The position numbers and the translations under genes were made by a program. A stretch of DNA of 64,000 nucleotides from Lingula anatina (Eukaryota; Animalia; Brachiopoda): NCBI GenBank assembly GCA_051362555.1, contig CM120647.1:15104651-15168650 (forward strand), written 5' to 3'. Positions 36,276 through 50,405 of this stretch are shown here, piece by piece; the stretch's first letter is position 1; each line of letters begins with the position of its first letter. Below the pieces are notes generated by a model. The model made no database searches, was not told the origin of the DNA, and worked only from the letters and a program-made list of their open reading frames with translations.

Positions 36276-37993
36276 GCCTTGGAATAAGCCTTGGAATTGT
36301 TGCCCACAGTTGACGATTGACTATTTGCCGAAGCATTTTCCAACTGTCAGGTCAACAATTCCGGCAGGACACAATAGAGTCTAAAAGTATCCAGTTTGGT
36401 TGCCATCCCTTATTACCCTCGTAATCACATGCACAATCCACAGGGGTCCAAACAACGAGGTCAACATACTGGGCATTAGCCACGTACTACTTCTGAAGCT
36501 GTACTTGGGCATAGTACTTGCGTTTCTTTTTGAGAGAAAATGAATCATCTTGACAAAAAATTCTCCTTGGATGTTGTCCTCCATTGTTTTCTCACGGCAG
36601 TTGAAAGGGCATTTTATCTCAAGAACACCAAGTCCGCAACATGAACATGTGATGATGCCATCTGATGATGCACCAAAATGTGGTTTTTGTGGTGAAAGCA
36701 GTAAGCCCGACTCTGTTAAATGGGCCTCAGAATGTTGAAGCCCAACATGGTCTGCCACATACACTCTTCCTGATGGGCACAGCTTGATGGGCTTGTGCGG
36801 GTCTTCCTGTACAGTTCATACGCATTCTCCTCATTCTCTCTCCCCCACTCAACAGCAGGTACTCTAAGGGCGCATTCCCATATATTTTAGATCGATCTAT
36901 CCCCGTGGGAAGTCTCACTAGATTACTGCCAGATAATCGGGCTTAAATGTCCGTCCCGCCCACTACAAGCTATAAGGGGGTAATTAACTACCGTGAGCGT
37001 GAGCGCAGTGTAGAGGACGGCTTGGAAACACTTGTCTGCATAACGTCACCAGCAATAGATGCAGTTATTCTGCCAGTCCTTATTTCATGCCAAGCTGAGG
37101 ATGAGGATTGCAACCTTGTTGTCTCCCCAACACTTTTAATTTCCTCAGGTGTTATATCATGTTTAGCATAAATGTCATTACACACATCAATCACATCTTC
37201 CTTGCTAAGGGTCGTGTATTGTTCCTTGTAGAGAGTTCTCTGTTTGTATGGAACCGTGGTAACAGGGGCAAAATCTTCAGAATTTTCTTCTATAAAGGTC
37301 TCATTGTACTCGCTCCAAGCACTAAGTTCGACTACAGTAGTAGTCCCTAGATGTCTAATTGACTGTGCTGTTCCCCATAAGTGGCTGGCCGCGGCAATTC
37401 CCTGTGGACTCTTGTGCTCTCCCTCAACTTTCTCTTAGCTTTTTCACTGTAGTACTTTATAGTTCCAAGGGGGTTAGTTCAACATCCTTAACATAGCATT
37501 CATTCCACTGACATGGCAAATCAGTCCAGGCAGAGGTTGTGTAACCTAGTCTCACTGCGGCTTCCACTTTATACAGCACCGCTCCAATGTGAGAACATGT
37601 CTCTCCCAATCTACAAAAAGAGACCAAATGTTTATAATTTGTTCAAGTGTCTCTCCAGACAGAGGAAACGTGTAATTGCATAACCATCTAAATTTTATTT
37701 TCAATATTTCATGTTTTAAAGGCTAAAAAAGTGCATTGCACATTATAAGATTTAAACTACTTATATGTACAACAAGAATCACAACGGAAAAAATTACCCT
37801 GCCATGCAATCGCAGTGTGCAGTAATTACTTTGCCATCTGTGCTCATGCAAGGCCACCCGTTGGTGATGTGGCTCCTCTGCCACACGCCATGAAGGTTTC
37901 ACATCTGCTTTAAGAATAAAATCACCTCTATTCGTCTTGTAATGATACACAGTCTGTACCCAGCCAGAGACGAAAAAACATGTGCATCCAAAG
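36276..37993 (-). mobile_element. Second copy of the ISL2EU-like SWIM/YqaJ element, with its 5' part deleted
   Basis: Near-identical to 3405-5133. At ~37990 catccaaag joins directly to ccgaagacagtg (aaag microhomology), removing the equivalent of ~5134-5975. Confidence 0.8.
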
Positions 37994-39724
37994 CCGAAGA
38001 CAGTGATCATGTGACCTTCTTGGCATCAAGAGAATAGTGACTTTACTTGCGTTATATACCTACCAGTTGGCAAATTTAAAATCTCTCACACTCTTAAAAA
38101 ATTAACAAACTTTTCACGTTTAACAATTATTCTTTATAATTTTATTACACTAAGTCATATCATATGGGTATGGTTTGAAAACAGGAATTAGGTTACAGTT
38201 AAGCCATGCGTGCATACAAATTATTTGTAATTCTATAACTTTTTAATGAGCGTTGTGTGATTTACCTTTTGTTTTTAAGCTGTTCATTCTTCCTCTTTAT
38301 CAGATATATCGGTAAAAATCAAATCTATCCCCCTTTGATAATTACATGTAGCACATGAATGCTCTGAAAACCAGCACATACCTATTCCGAAACCGCCTCG
38401 TAGTAAAAGATGTCACCAAAACGTAGAATAATTACTCCTGTGGACTTGAAATAAACCTCCGTTTGATTTTGACTATATTCCGTAACCGCTTCGTCGTCAG
38501 AAATAACAATTAAACTAGAATTATTACTCCCGCGAACTCATAATAAACATGCGTCTTATTTTTACTATATTCCGAAACTGCCTCCTTGTCAGAAATATCA
38601 CCAATGAATAAATTTCTTTCTCCTTCGCTCTTGTGAAAAATTAGTTTGAGTATATTCTGGTCCGACGCCCCTTGTTTATCAGAAATGTCACTAAAAAGTA
38701 GACGTTTTGCCTTGGGACCTTTTTTTCTGCAGCAGTTCCAGCTAGGTGTGGCTCAGCTGAGACGCGCATGGTCAGTGTCGACGGTTGATTAAATACTTTT
38801 CAAGCCAGTTGAACGTCCACGACAAGTATTTAGCAAAAATTGATCAAATTGGTCAGACATTACATAAGAATTCAGCGGGAGGTGACCAGCGCACGTGGAC
38901 GAGTTTATTCCACATAACATCTCTAGGGGTGTATTCCCAGAGATTTAGATCGATCCAGAAATTAAGATTTAGATCGACCTAACTCCCTGGGGGTTCACGC
39001 TAAATTGCAGTCAGCCGAGCGCGCACCATAGTTAATTAACCCCTTACAGCTTTTAGTAGGCGGGACAGACGCTTAAGACGGCTAATGTTACAGTAATCTA
39101 GTGAGACTCCCCACAGGGATAGATCGATCTTAAATCTATGGGAATGGGGTCTAGAGCGTGATATAGGGTCACTTTATTCGGTTTTAGGGGTTTGACTATA
39201 TTTGTTCTCGGTATGTATGTCAAATAATACACTCGCTTACGCTCGAGGTATTATGGCATATATCGCTCGGGTGACAGTGTATTATCTCACACATGGACTT
39301 TCCCCGCGTTTGCCGCCTAATTGCGGCCCCTGCAATCCTTTTGTTTGATATCAGCCCCGTGGCGTGTATTCTTTGATATCACCCCATGCGCGGTGATATC
39401 AGCGTGTTCTATTCAAAGTTAGGGGGTTTGGGTGGGGAACGCGCACGATTTCCCTTTGTATGTGTGACAAATAATGCACTGTTACCCCCTCGCCCGATAT
39501 ACACGATAGCATGCCTCGCTGGCGCTCGTATTATCGGGCTCGTGGACAGTGCATTATTTCCTACATAATCCACTGTCCACGAGCCCGATATACACGATAG
39601 GCACTCGTGTATGCCACTTGACCCTCGCTGACTCGGGGTCTATCTATTACATAATCGTCATGACGGTGGCCTGCAACAGGGGGCCAAAATAGGTCACCAA
39701 TTCTTCACCTATGACTTTGCAAAA

Positions 39725-42530
39725 ATGGCAGCTCTTCAACCTAGCCTGGATGCAGCAAGCACTAAGGACAGACTCAAGGGGCGTGTAGCTATAGTCACAG
39801 GGGGAGCCGGTGGTATAGGCAGTGCATGTGTACGACGTTTCTTGAATGACGGAGCACTTGTTGCCTTCTTCGACATCGACCAAGTTGCCGGGAAACAGTT
39901 GGAGGCTGAGCTCCGGGCGGCTGGCTTTGAGACGAAATTTTACCAGGTCGACGTTTCCGACAGAGAGGCGTGCTTCAAGGCCGTTAGCCACGTAGCTAGC
40001 CAGTACGGTGGCTGCATCAACTTTCTTGTGAACTGTGCTGCGGCATTTATATATAAAGGTAAGTTGAAGTTATGGATTGCAGGAAACGATTTCCGACACC
40101 CCACGAGCATTTTCCCCAAATAATTTAAAAGTAAATGTTTGATAAAGACAGCATGTTTTGTGGCATTTCTTACAATCAGGGGGTTGGCCGAGAATGGTCG
40201 ATTCGGTCACCTTTCCCTGTTGGTTTCTAATCTACCAGCGAGAGAGCTGTTCAACCAGTGCAGATCTGTTCTGCCAGCTGGCATAATTTGTCCAGCTTTT
40301 CTAACGAAAATAACACCCCTTTTGTTATATTTCAATTTAAAACTTAACTCGCGCTGTGATCCATAATGAATGAACATTAAGGGTGCTTTCCCAGAGATTT
40401 AGCTCGATCTAAAGATTAAGATTTAGATCGACCTAACTCCCTGGGGGTTCACGCTAAATTGCAGTCAGCCGAGCGGGCACCATAGTTAATTACCCCTTTA
40501 CAGCTTTTAGTAGGCGGGACAGACGCTTAAGCCGGCCAAGCTGACAGCAATCTAGTGAGACTCCCCACAGGGATAGATCGATCTAAAAATCTATGGAAAT
40601 GGGATGTTAGTCGTAACCATCCCTTTTTTCGCCTTCAAATTCACAGCGCAAGAGCAACTCTCGCTTGCATCTACATAAAACAAAATCAGATAAAAAACAT
40701 TGTGTATGCTGCTGTGGGATGGGTGATGGGTCGGACTGGCCGGAGGGGGCTGATATCCCTACTCTCTCCCCTTGGTTTTCAACATTAAATCAAGAAGTTA
40801 TAACTTTATAACTTCTTGATTAAATCAACGTTCGTCTTTGTTCTCCAGCTCTAGATGCCGACACGTCCGACTGGGCACAAGTCATGAGTGTGAATGTGGC
40901 TGGATACTCGAATATGGTACAGGCCTGCTTTCCTCACATGAAGACAGGTAAAATACACATCTCTCCTCCTCTTTGTCCTCCTCCTCTCTCTCTCTCTCTC
41001 ATCCTCTGCATCTCTCTCTCTCTCTCTTTCTCCCACTCTCTCCCCTCTATCTCCACCTTATGCGAGTGTGAGCATGAATCCTTGCTGTCCGCCGTAATAA
41101 CAGCAAAATCTACATCGTGCACCCTTTGCACTGGACGGCGTTAAGCGTACTGGCCACACCTGACACACAAATTCAGACACACAAGAGAGAGTGGCAACGA
41201 TTGAAAACGAATGCATTACGCTCGTCCGGCGCGTTTGACGAATGCCAAAATTGCAAGAGTTGCCTTTTTTTTTTAACGCGTCAGTCGAGCGCCGACCCTG
41301 CGTCGTGTAGGTGTGACCGGGGTATTGAGCGCAGAAAGGATGCCGTCCACTGATAAGGGGCCTTTACTCCAATTTGAAAACAAATTCTAATCGAACAAAA
41401 TTAAAAAGTAAACATTCCTTCAATCTCCACATCTGAAATGTATCATATTTTGTCAATATTTTTGCAATTCGTACAGTACTTAAGCAATATTTCACAAATA
41501 TTTAATCAACACAGCCGAACCTGACGCCAGATCAGTCGTCAATATAGCCAGTAACCTCGGCCACGTGGCATCGGCCAGTAAGTGGACGTACTGTACCAGT
41601 AAAGGTGCCGTGCTGGAGCTTACCCGGTGTATGGCACTGGACTTGGCCAAAGATGACATACGGGTGAACTCTGTGTCACCGGGAGCCATAAATACGGCAG
41701 CGGTAAGTGTGTGTGTGTGTGTGAGAGAGAAAGGGGGGGGGGGGGTGTTATCAGAAGATTCACTGATATCTTGAAATTTTTATTGAAGAAATGCTTAAAG
41801 GTACATACAAAGTCAATTTTGTGTCATAAAAACCAACCAAATGCCAGCATATAGTTTCAAGTAGTATAACTAAGAGAATTACCAAAAGGCATTGTTTAAT
41901 TTTACCGGAAAGTGATGTTTGAACAGATTTTTCTGCTAGCTTTCTATGCTGTATGTCAATGGGGCAGAAAAGTAGGTCACAAAAGTAGGTTAAATTGACA
42001 ACCAAAAATTTAAAGAAAGGAGCACTCTAAAGCTCTTTTATGGCTGATCGGGTGATTTATTCTGTTTATCCCTTGGCATGTCGAATTTTTTAGAGTCGTA
42101 TAAGAAATTAGTAGCAGTGGTTTACATGTGTTACTGGGAATTAATCCACGCTCCACCGATGCTCGTACCTTTAATAAGATGAGCTGTAGAGAGAATGTCA
42201 TGGTTTTAATGCTGATAATCAAAATCCATATTAAAGGCAGTGCGGAGCAGAAGAAAGAATTAAAACACTGCCAAAATAATATCATTCATATTTCAGTTCG
42301 CAAACTTCATATCAGGCGATGAAGACAAAAAGAGGTGGTTTAAGGGATGTCACATGATGAACCGTATCGGAGCATGCGCAGAAGTTGCTGCCGCCATTGT
42401 CTTCCTCTGCAGCAGAGACGCATCCTTCATCACGGGCGCCGATCTCCCGGTAGATGGCGGGTTCACGGCAGTAGGCCCTGAAAGGCATGGGAAAGACGGA
42501 GCCAAGTTTACGGGCACGATCCCAGAGTAG
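39725..42530 (+). CDS. Classical SDR oxidoreductase, paralogue E (exons 39725-40058, 40849-40947, 41515-41702, 42297-42530; 284 aa)
   Basis: Intact spliced ORF with GT-AG introns; TGGAGGIG, NCAA, IASNLGH, YCTSK; AATAAA at 42696. Confidence 0.92.
41799..42170. mobile_element. 372-bp Kolobok-like non-autonomous element in intron 3 of E
   Basis: TTAA|aggtac...gtacct|TTAA. Empty site aaatgcttaataag in A, B and F. Confidence 0.8.
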
Positions 42531-43312
42531 ATGCTGCGGCCGTCCTTCACTTAGAACTAGGCCAAGTTTCACTGTCCAGTGGCCCAAATGGTTCCGACCA
42601 CGTGCCCATTGCCCTTCCACTTTAGAAAATAGAGGTGAATCATCTCGCGACACCACGAAATTAAATAGTTGGTAGAAAATGAATAGAAAAACGCCAATAA
42701 AATAACTGGTCCTTCTATGTTTAATGCCTCACACGATACGTTTTGGATTCATTTTAAATAATCAATTATACTCTCTCCATTCATACCTTTACAACCAATA
42801 ATGGACTACTTTTTCGTATTGTATCTTATTTTTAATTGAACCATGCTTGGTAGTGAGATGTGTGTAAAAATAAAAATGCCAAATTATACCAATAATAACT
42901 AGAAAAGCACTCAGAGAGCGCAGACCTCCGCCAAGGCAGTAAAGTCTCCATCCACTGCCGTTTCACCCCTTAATTTTCGATATTTTTGATTAGTGATTAT
43001 TGATACGGATCACCACCAAAAACTAATCATCTGTTCCTTGGTCCGCTTCTGACAGTTCCTGAAAATTTCATCAAAATCGGTCCATAACTTTTTGAGTAAT
43101 GTTGATGACAGACAGACAAACAGAAGTGCAAACATAGCCTCCTTAGCGGAGGTAAATAAAGGTAGCAGTGACATTTTACAGTCTCTTTGAGGTGTTTATA
43201 CTGTCACCTAGTATTTCAGAGATTAACACTTTTTGATAGTTGTATTGCAGGCTTTATCCAGACCCTTTGTTGTTGCATAAGCCCTCCAAAGTATAGTTCA
43301 CAGATTATCCTA

Positions 43313-44970
43313 CAGGTTTACCACTTAATATGGAATATTATTTTGGGGCGAGTAAATTTTCTACAAAATATTTGATTTCTCTCTAACTTCTTTAAATCCA
43401 AAGCTGAGGTGTCACTCCATGTGTAGCCAGGTGTGTTACCTAATTACCACACAACTCTCGAAACAATTGATGCATGCAGTTGCATGTTCTGTGGTCAGAA
43501 ATGTGAGGGGTGGTCTTTTCGGCAATTTCTGCCCTTGTATAAAAACGCATGGGTTTGGTCAATCTTTGGAGTGTGTTTAGAGAAGCAACAAAAGGATCGC
43601 TCTGGAACTTGACAGGTACCTTAGTGAAGATATGGTTCAACAGCCAAGCAATGCAGCTTACTATGGGATTCTTGCTCTCAAAAAAACTGGCCAGAAACGG
43701 ACAGCCATTGCCAGGTAATTAAACATTTATCAGGAACCGTTTGTGAAGTCCTCCAAAGAAATGCTGCAACAGGGGCACCTACTCCAATACCTCGACCATG
43801 GTGTCCGCTTATCACACCAAGAAGACAGGATCGCCTTCTCCTTTGAGGACGCCGTGCTGGTCGTACAAAGAAAACCAGTGTCCTCAGAAAAGACATGCAG
43901 AATGTTATTCAAACGCCCGTTTCAAGGTCCCCCGTGAACAAAAGATTTCTGCAAGCCGGTTATTTTGCAAGAAGGCCAGTACGGAAACCACTGTTAACAG
44001 TAGGTCATATACAGCGACGTCTGCAATGGGCTGGGGACCCCGTGCGTTTGCAGCCAAAACACTGGAATCACGTCGTTTTAAGTGATGAGGCCAGATATTG
44101 ATCTTTTAGGGTTGATCGTCGAATCCGTGTCCACCGACGTGTACGAGGGACATAAAACGATGATTGCGTACTGCCTAGGGTGCAAGCAGGGGGTGGTAAC
44201 GTCTCTGTTTGGGGAGCATTTCATGTCGGTGCCCAGAACCAGTTGGTTTTTCAAGGAGGCAACCTCATCCAAGATTCCTACAGAGACATTCTACAACAAA
44301 CAATGCTTCGATTGGTAAGAGTCATCTTCAGGAACAACTTTGTGTACCAAGACGACTGCGCAACCCCACATCGAGGCCGCAGAATCACTGTTTTTCTTCA
44401 AAACCAATGGGTTCAGCAACTGCCCTGGTCTGCAAACTCTCCAGATATGAACCCAATTGAAAATCTGTGGGCGGAAGTAACTCACAGAATTAATAGCTAT
44501 GGTCCTCGGTCGGTAAATAGTGATGGACTGCGACAGGCAAATGTCACTGCGTGGAATGATATCCCCACCCAAACTCTAAAAAACGTGTCACAGGGTATGC
44601 CATGTAGGATGAGGGCGCTGCAAGCGGCTGCTGGAGGTCATACCCGCAATTACTGACTTTTCATGATTTACTGTTGTGAGCTCTTTGACTGTGTAACGTA
44701 TCACTGTCCGGAGGCTATCTTTTCTTTTATATCTTATCTTAAAGTTTATACTGACTTCAAACTGTTGATATGGTTTTCTGGGGGTGTTCCTTTCTTTTGA
44801 ATGGCATCTTATGTCAGATTTGATATTATTGACCAAAATATCTTCCAACAGAAGACTGGATGTTATTATCACTCAGTGACATACTTTTGTAATGACTCAA
44901 GCCAAAAAATTTTAATCAGGACTCAAAAATAACAATGATAAAAAATATTCCATATTAAGTAGCAACCCTG
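43313..44970 (+). mobile_element. Full-length but inactivated Tc1 (DD34E) transposon, 1658 bp; transposase pseudogene ~43632-44656
   Basis: TA TSD confirmed by empty site gattatcctatattaaaa (~15658, ~53309). TIR caggtttaccacttaatatggaatatt / aatattccatattaagtagcaaccctg. Motifs RRPVRKPLL, VLSDEARY, VSVWGAF, YQDDCATPH, SPDMNPIENLW (34 residues D to E). Several in-frame stops. Confidence 0.93.
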
Positions 44971-47756
44971 TATATTAAAACTAGAAAATCACTCCGAGAG
45001 CGCTGACCTTCGCCAAGGCAGCAATTTTTGATTATTATTGATTACTGATCGATTATTGATCAGGATCACCACCAAGAACTAATAATTTTTTCCTTGATCC
45101 GTTTCTGTCAGTTCCTGAAAATTTTATCAAAATCAGTCCGTAACTTTTTGAGTTATGTTGATGACTTTATGTTCCGTATGTCCTTGACAATGGTCAAAGA
45201 TATTCTGTATAGTTTTTTTTTTTTTTCGGGGGGGGGGGGAACAAATGTTATTTTCCCTTAAGAAAAAAATACCAACAATTTTAAACTCGTGACACGTTGC
45301 ACAACTAGTCCTGAATTCGGTTTGGATTTTTTCCACCATTCCAATTAACTTCTAAACCAAGCATCCTTGTTTCTGACATTCTTAAAGAAGCTATCAACAT
45401 CATTTGATGGATTTTCTAGTTGGGTGAGATCCGAAACTATGATGAATATTTAGACAAAAAAGTATGACTTTGGGAACAAATATGAAATAGGTATAAAATA
45501 TCTTTAAAACATTGAAGCAGAGTCCAATACATGAGCTTCAAAAGTCACCTGACTGGTTGCATATGATTCACATTTTTCCAAGTAAAATACACACAGTCCT
45601 AGAACGTTACATAAATAAGGATATAATTTTAATTATAGTTAATATTTAAAAATATTCCTGTCATTTGACCTCTCCAACGACATGTTTCTTTCTCCCTCTG
45701 GTACAAACGGAACAGCGCCTGGCTTGCTATGTGTTCTTCTGTTAGCTTCCTTGGAAGAGTAAATACATAATTCTTGATATAAATTTATTTTAAAAAATTA
45801 CAAATTCAATAGAATCATTTTACATTTTCACTTTCTAAAAGGTCAGTGAGTCTACCTTTCCTAAAGGAAGTGATATGAACAGTTTGCTATTATACGACTA
45901 AGTTTTGACTTCTAACAGAAATACATTTATAATGTCTTCAAATTTTGACAGTCACTTATTTTGCAATTTGGGATTATATACAGAAGTGTCCATTGGTGTT
46001 TAATAGACTAAAGAAAATAAAATTTATGCTTAATACTAGGTCATTTCATATTGTTTTTTCATAGTATTTATCATTTTAAGTTTTTAATACTACTATTGAT
46101 AAAACTTTAAACATTATTAACATACTTTCTTTTCCTTGATGGCTTTATATTATCTCTCTTATCTCCTGCGAGGCGTTATATAGATCATCTTGGGGACGTG
46201 GCGGTGACGGCTGATTTGGGGTTCGTGCGAAAATTTCTCCTTCAGTTTTTCACTATATGCAAATGCCTTTTTCTCTCTTGGTCTTAGCTGCGGCAAGAAA
46301 GAACTGATGTATTAATCAAAAGTAATATTTTTAAATGAAACTTTACTTGAATTACTTAAGCACCCCGCACACGGTGAGCAATAATAGTGTGACTGAATTG
46401 CGCAATACACTGCAATACAGCGCAACACAGCGCAATACACTTGATAACACAAGTCCAGTTGCATGTAAACACAAGAAAGGGTAATCTCACATAAAATAGG
46501 GTGATATAAAAGCAAAACATGGTACATAGTAATTAATATTGCTGATACAACTTGACAAATCGGCACAATTTTTTCATTGTTTGGTCAGCCGCCGCGTTTG
46601 CGAGTAGCTCTTCTTGGCCAGTAATATTTCCAAGAAGAGCCACTCGCCAACATGGATGCCAACTGGACAATATAAAAGTCTTGCTGATTTGTTAAGTTAT
46701 ATCATCGATGTAACTTGCCTAGTAATAATGGTTGTTTTTATGTCACCCTACTTTGCTGGGAATGGTCATTTCTTTTGTGTAATTGCAACTAGATGTGATT
46801 TTTCAAGTGCATTGCACTGTGTTGCGCTGTATTGCGGTATATTGCGCAATATAGTCACACCGGTGAGGGGTGCAAGTGGCGCGCGCCACTTGCGCTGCGC
46901 CAGATGCTCGCGCTCCTCAGCTCCCCTCAAACTGTTCAGCAGAGGTGCCTCCCGGCCTGCCCCTATCGAATGCACCGCGAAATGTGGGATCATGTGATTA
47001 AGGAGCATTACATATTAATTTTTTTCTGAAAGAATGGAAAATGGTGACCACGTTAATCAATCAGACTAACTATAACTGTGTACATTTTTGTTTACTTCGC
47101 TGGAGGCTTCCATTTTTCTTTGTTTCCGGCTACCGGCACATGCGCATTGTTGGCATGACTTGAGCAATCGGTGCTTGCACCCCCCACCTGAGCCATTTGC
47201 CTCAAGAGGCCAAAAATATCTAACACGTGATAAAAGACAGTTTGTTAACTTAATTATCAATTCATTATTATTATTATACATTATTATTATTTATGAACAT
47301 CCATAAACCAATTTTGGAATTCTAAATTTCTTTTTTTTTTCTAAAATGATCCAAAGTGAAATTCACCTTTCTCAATTTTCATTACAAAAGCAGCTCAAAA
47401 TTTAGAAAGTTAGAACTCGATAACAGGAATTTATGGATTGCAAATCTATGAACAATTTTGGAGAGAGTAAACTAAGATGATTAGTAACTTACTGTGATTG
47501 AGACTTTGAAAAAGATACAAAGTCATGTGAAAAGTATCAAATAAAACTCTTACTATGCTTTTTTTTAATAATAATTAATTATAAAAAGTAATTAATCATA
47601 AAATATAAATATAACTCATCACCTGTATTCAAAATACAGAATAGAAAAATATAAATAATAAATAAAACTTTCAGTACTCCTATTCGTAAATAAAATAATA
47701 AATGATAGATAAAATCAATGATAAATAAGGCTCTCGCCACGCCTATTAAGAAGCAG

Positions 47757-48736
47757 GGCTCGGAATCTCGAAAGGTTCGCTATGTTGCGCACGCGCTATA
47801 GCATAGCTAGCGTGCGCTATTTGCTAGTGCGATTGCACCCACCTGCAATCTCGAAGCCTTAGCAGACGCAACGCAATTATAACCTCAAACTCTACTAATA
47901 TTCGATTGCCGCATAAAGTGAAGACGTCATAACACAATTACACAAAATGCAATTTTTTTCACCATGACGCAAATCAAGAGGTTGTTTTAATTTATAGGAA
48001 TATCATAATAACAAATACTGATATTTGAAGTATTTGACACCAATAAAATGTCAAAAAACAATTCAATAAGCGAAGCTTGGACTGACACAATTACTGACAC
48101 ACTGGTGAGTAGTGTTCAGTCTCACAATAATAGACATTGAGGAAGGTGACGGTGCGACCGAATGCTTTCTTTCTGCTTTTTCATTTTGTGTGGAAAATGA
48201 CACTTTTAAATTTATTATTATTATCAATAGACTACACAGATGAATTAAATGCACCAGAAAATATAAAATGATGTATGAAATGTTTAATTTTGAAATTTTC
48301 TGCATAATAAAACATGACTTTGGCATTCTTCACGTGAATATTTACCGCAAGTTTTTCTATCAGAGGTACCAGTGATTCAATCAATTAAAAGCTTCCATGT
48401 TTTTGTTATATATTTTATTATATGCTATTATGACTAGCAACCCAAACTTGCCACCATGTTTAATTACATGAAAGACATATTAAAATGACGAATTTTGCAT
48501 CCGCAGAGGCCTTTGCGACTAGTTTGTATCGCCGCAAATAATAGCCTCGAAACTAATGGCGATTTGGACATTAGCGCACGGCCGGGATTTGCGAAGCTTT
48601 CGAGATACGGGATAGCGCACGCTAGCCATGCTAGCGCAGGCGCTCAAAATAGCGATTCTTTCGAGATACGGGATAGCGCACGCTAGCCATGCTAGAGCGT
48701 GTGCGCAACATAGCGAACCTTTCGAGATTCCGAGCC
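47757..48736. mobile_element. 980-bp MITE with ~64-bp TIRs and CAG (CWG) TSD, PIF/Harbinger (PHIS) type
   Basis: aag CAG|ggctcggaatctcgaaaggttcgctatgttgcgcac...gtgcgcaacatagcgaacctttcgagattccgagcc|CAG gactatc. Empty site aagcaggactatc at 58561. Confidence 0.88.
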
Positions 48737-49116
48737 CAGGACTATCCCAGCGACCCACCCGGCAATAAAATCAGCGTTCAATCTCATGTTAAACCCCCTT
48801 TACACTGAACGGTGTCCTCTGTGCGTCCTTTGTGCGACCATGAAACTGGCACCGCTGAGGTCGTAGAAAAGAGGCACAAGTATAGCTCTGGTTGCAGAAT
48901 GAATGCTCAATGATGACATAAAGTATTATATTTTTTACTCTTAAACGGCGCCGTGCTGCGGGATGCAGAAAGGACGCCGTCCAGTGTAAAGTGGGCTTGA
49001 TTATAGGGCAAGGGGGGGATTGTCCAGGGGGGGGGGGGTCCGGGGGGGGGGGGGGGGATTGTACTGATACCCCTAACGTCTATCACACAATTATTATTCT
49101 GATCTCTAGGGCATGT

Positions 49117-49721
49117 CACCCTGAGCTTCAGAGATAACTTGACACTAACCTCTTCACTATAGCCTATCTTCATCGTGTCAAGTTACCTCTGACGAAAATA
49201 GTTTGACCTAGTTTATATAAGCCAATCGAATCCATGTTTCAAAATTTTTCACCAAAGTTTGGTGAAAACGCTGATTGGTTGACCGTCAATCGGCAATCCT
49301 CGGCTGATTCCGCAAGCTCCATACTTACAACATAGTTATTGTCGAGTGCGGAGATATCCGAGTAGTTCCGAGTGCATAACCGTACACAAAGAAAGCATGG
49401 AGTATATCGGAATTGAAACCAGAGCAGTTTGATGCCCTGCATAATTATCTACTGAGGGATGATGTATTTTGCGTGCTGCCCACAGGTTACGGCAAGTCCC
49501 TGATATTCAGCCTTATCTTTGATTGGTCCGGATTTGAACAAAGCGCGCTTTGACTCGTTCGCGTTCATTGGCTAGATCGTTCAATGAGTCATTGAGTGCG
49601 GGCTTTAAATTTGATTGGCGGGCGGCGGAGGCAATCGAATGTGGTCAGAGGTAACTTGACACGATGAAGATAGGCTAATAGTGAAGAGGTTAGTGTCAAG
49701 TTATCTCTGAAGCTCAGGGTG
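49117..49721 (+). mobile_element. 605-bp TIR element with 8-bp TSD carrying a RecQ-type helicase fragment (AcademH-like non-autonomous)
   Basis: GGGCATGT|caccctgagcttcagagataacttgacac...gtgtcaagttatctctgaagctcagggtg|GGGCATGT with a ~76-bp near-perfect TIR. Empty sites at ~25600 and ~58938. 49410-49508 translates ELKPEQFDALHNYLLRDDVFCVLPTGYGKSLIF (Q motif + helicase motif I). Confidence 0.8.
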
Positions 49722-50405
49722 GGGCATGTGTGTGTCAGATGAAATAAAGCGAAATACACTTGCATATTAAACCACAATAGTTAGTCCCCTATTCTGAATA
49801 AGGCCTAAGCTGCTTAAGCTGAAAGCAATTTAACAAGCAGCCCTTTAAGGTACGGGAACCCAGTCAAAAAACAGCATGTATAGAGACGCTTTTTTAAAGG
49901 CAAAATGCTAAAATTGATTTTTCAAGGGATATAAGCACTTTTCTCGTACAGTACCAACGATCGAATAAGCTATCTTTACCTTTCTGCACTTGAACTCGAC
50001 CTTTTAATTAAATTAATAAAAGTCGATTTAGTTTAAAATGACTGGCCAGTCATTATAACCAGCGACAATATCTTACTAAGCTCCGACGGCGTACCGACAC
50101 CCCCCCCCCCCCCCCACACACACACGCCCTCACAATAAAAAACTGAACAATACAAGGGGCTTGAGCGATAAAATTAATTCCATGCACAAATTCTCTGCAC
50201 AGTGGAATAAATATCACGAATAAGCAACGCAGAGACATATGTTAACAAATATCTAGAGAAAAGTCAATCTATGTCTCTGGTATAGGGTACACAAAAACAC
50301 ATTCGTCAAGACGGTGGATCGCAACAGCAGGCCAACCCAAAATAGGTCACCAATTTCTCGCCTTTGATTTCGCAAAAAGGAAAACCAGGGTAGGAGTGAC
50401 TTAAA

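Noticed and set aside
44180-44656. Apparently intact 158-aa transposase ORF
   Set aside because: Only the C-terminal catalytic piece; the upstream frame has multiple stops, so it is not an active transposase.
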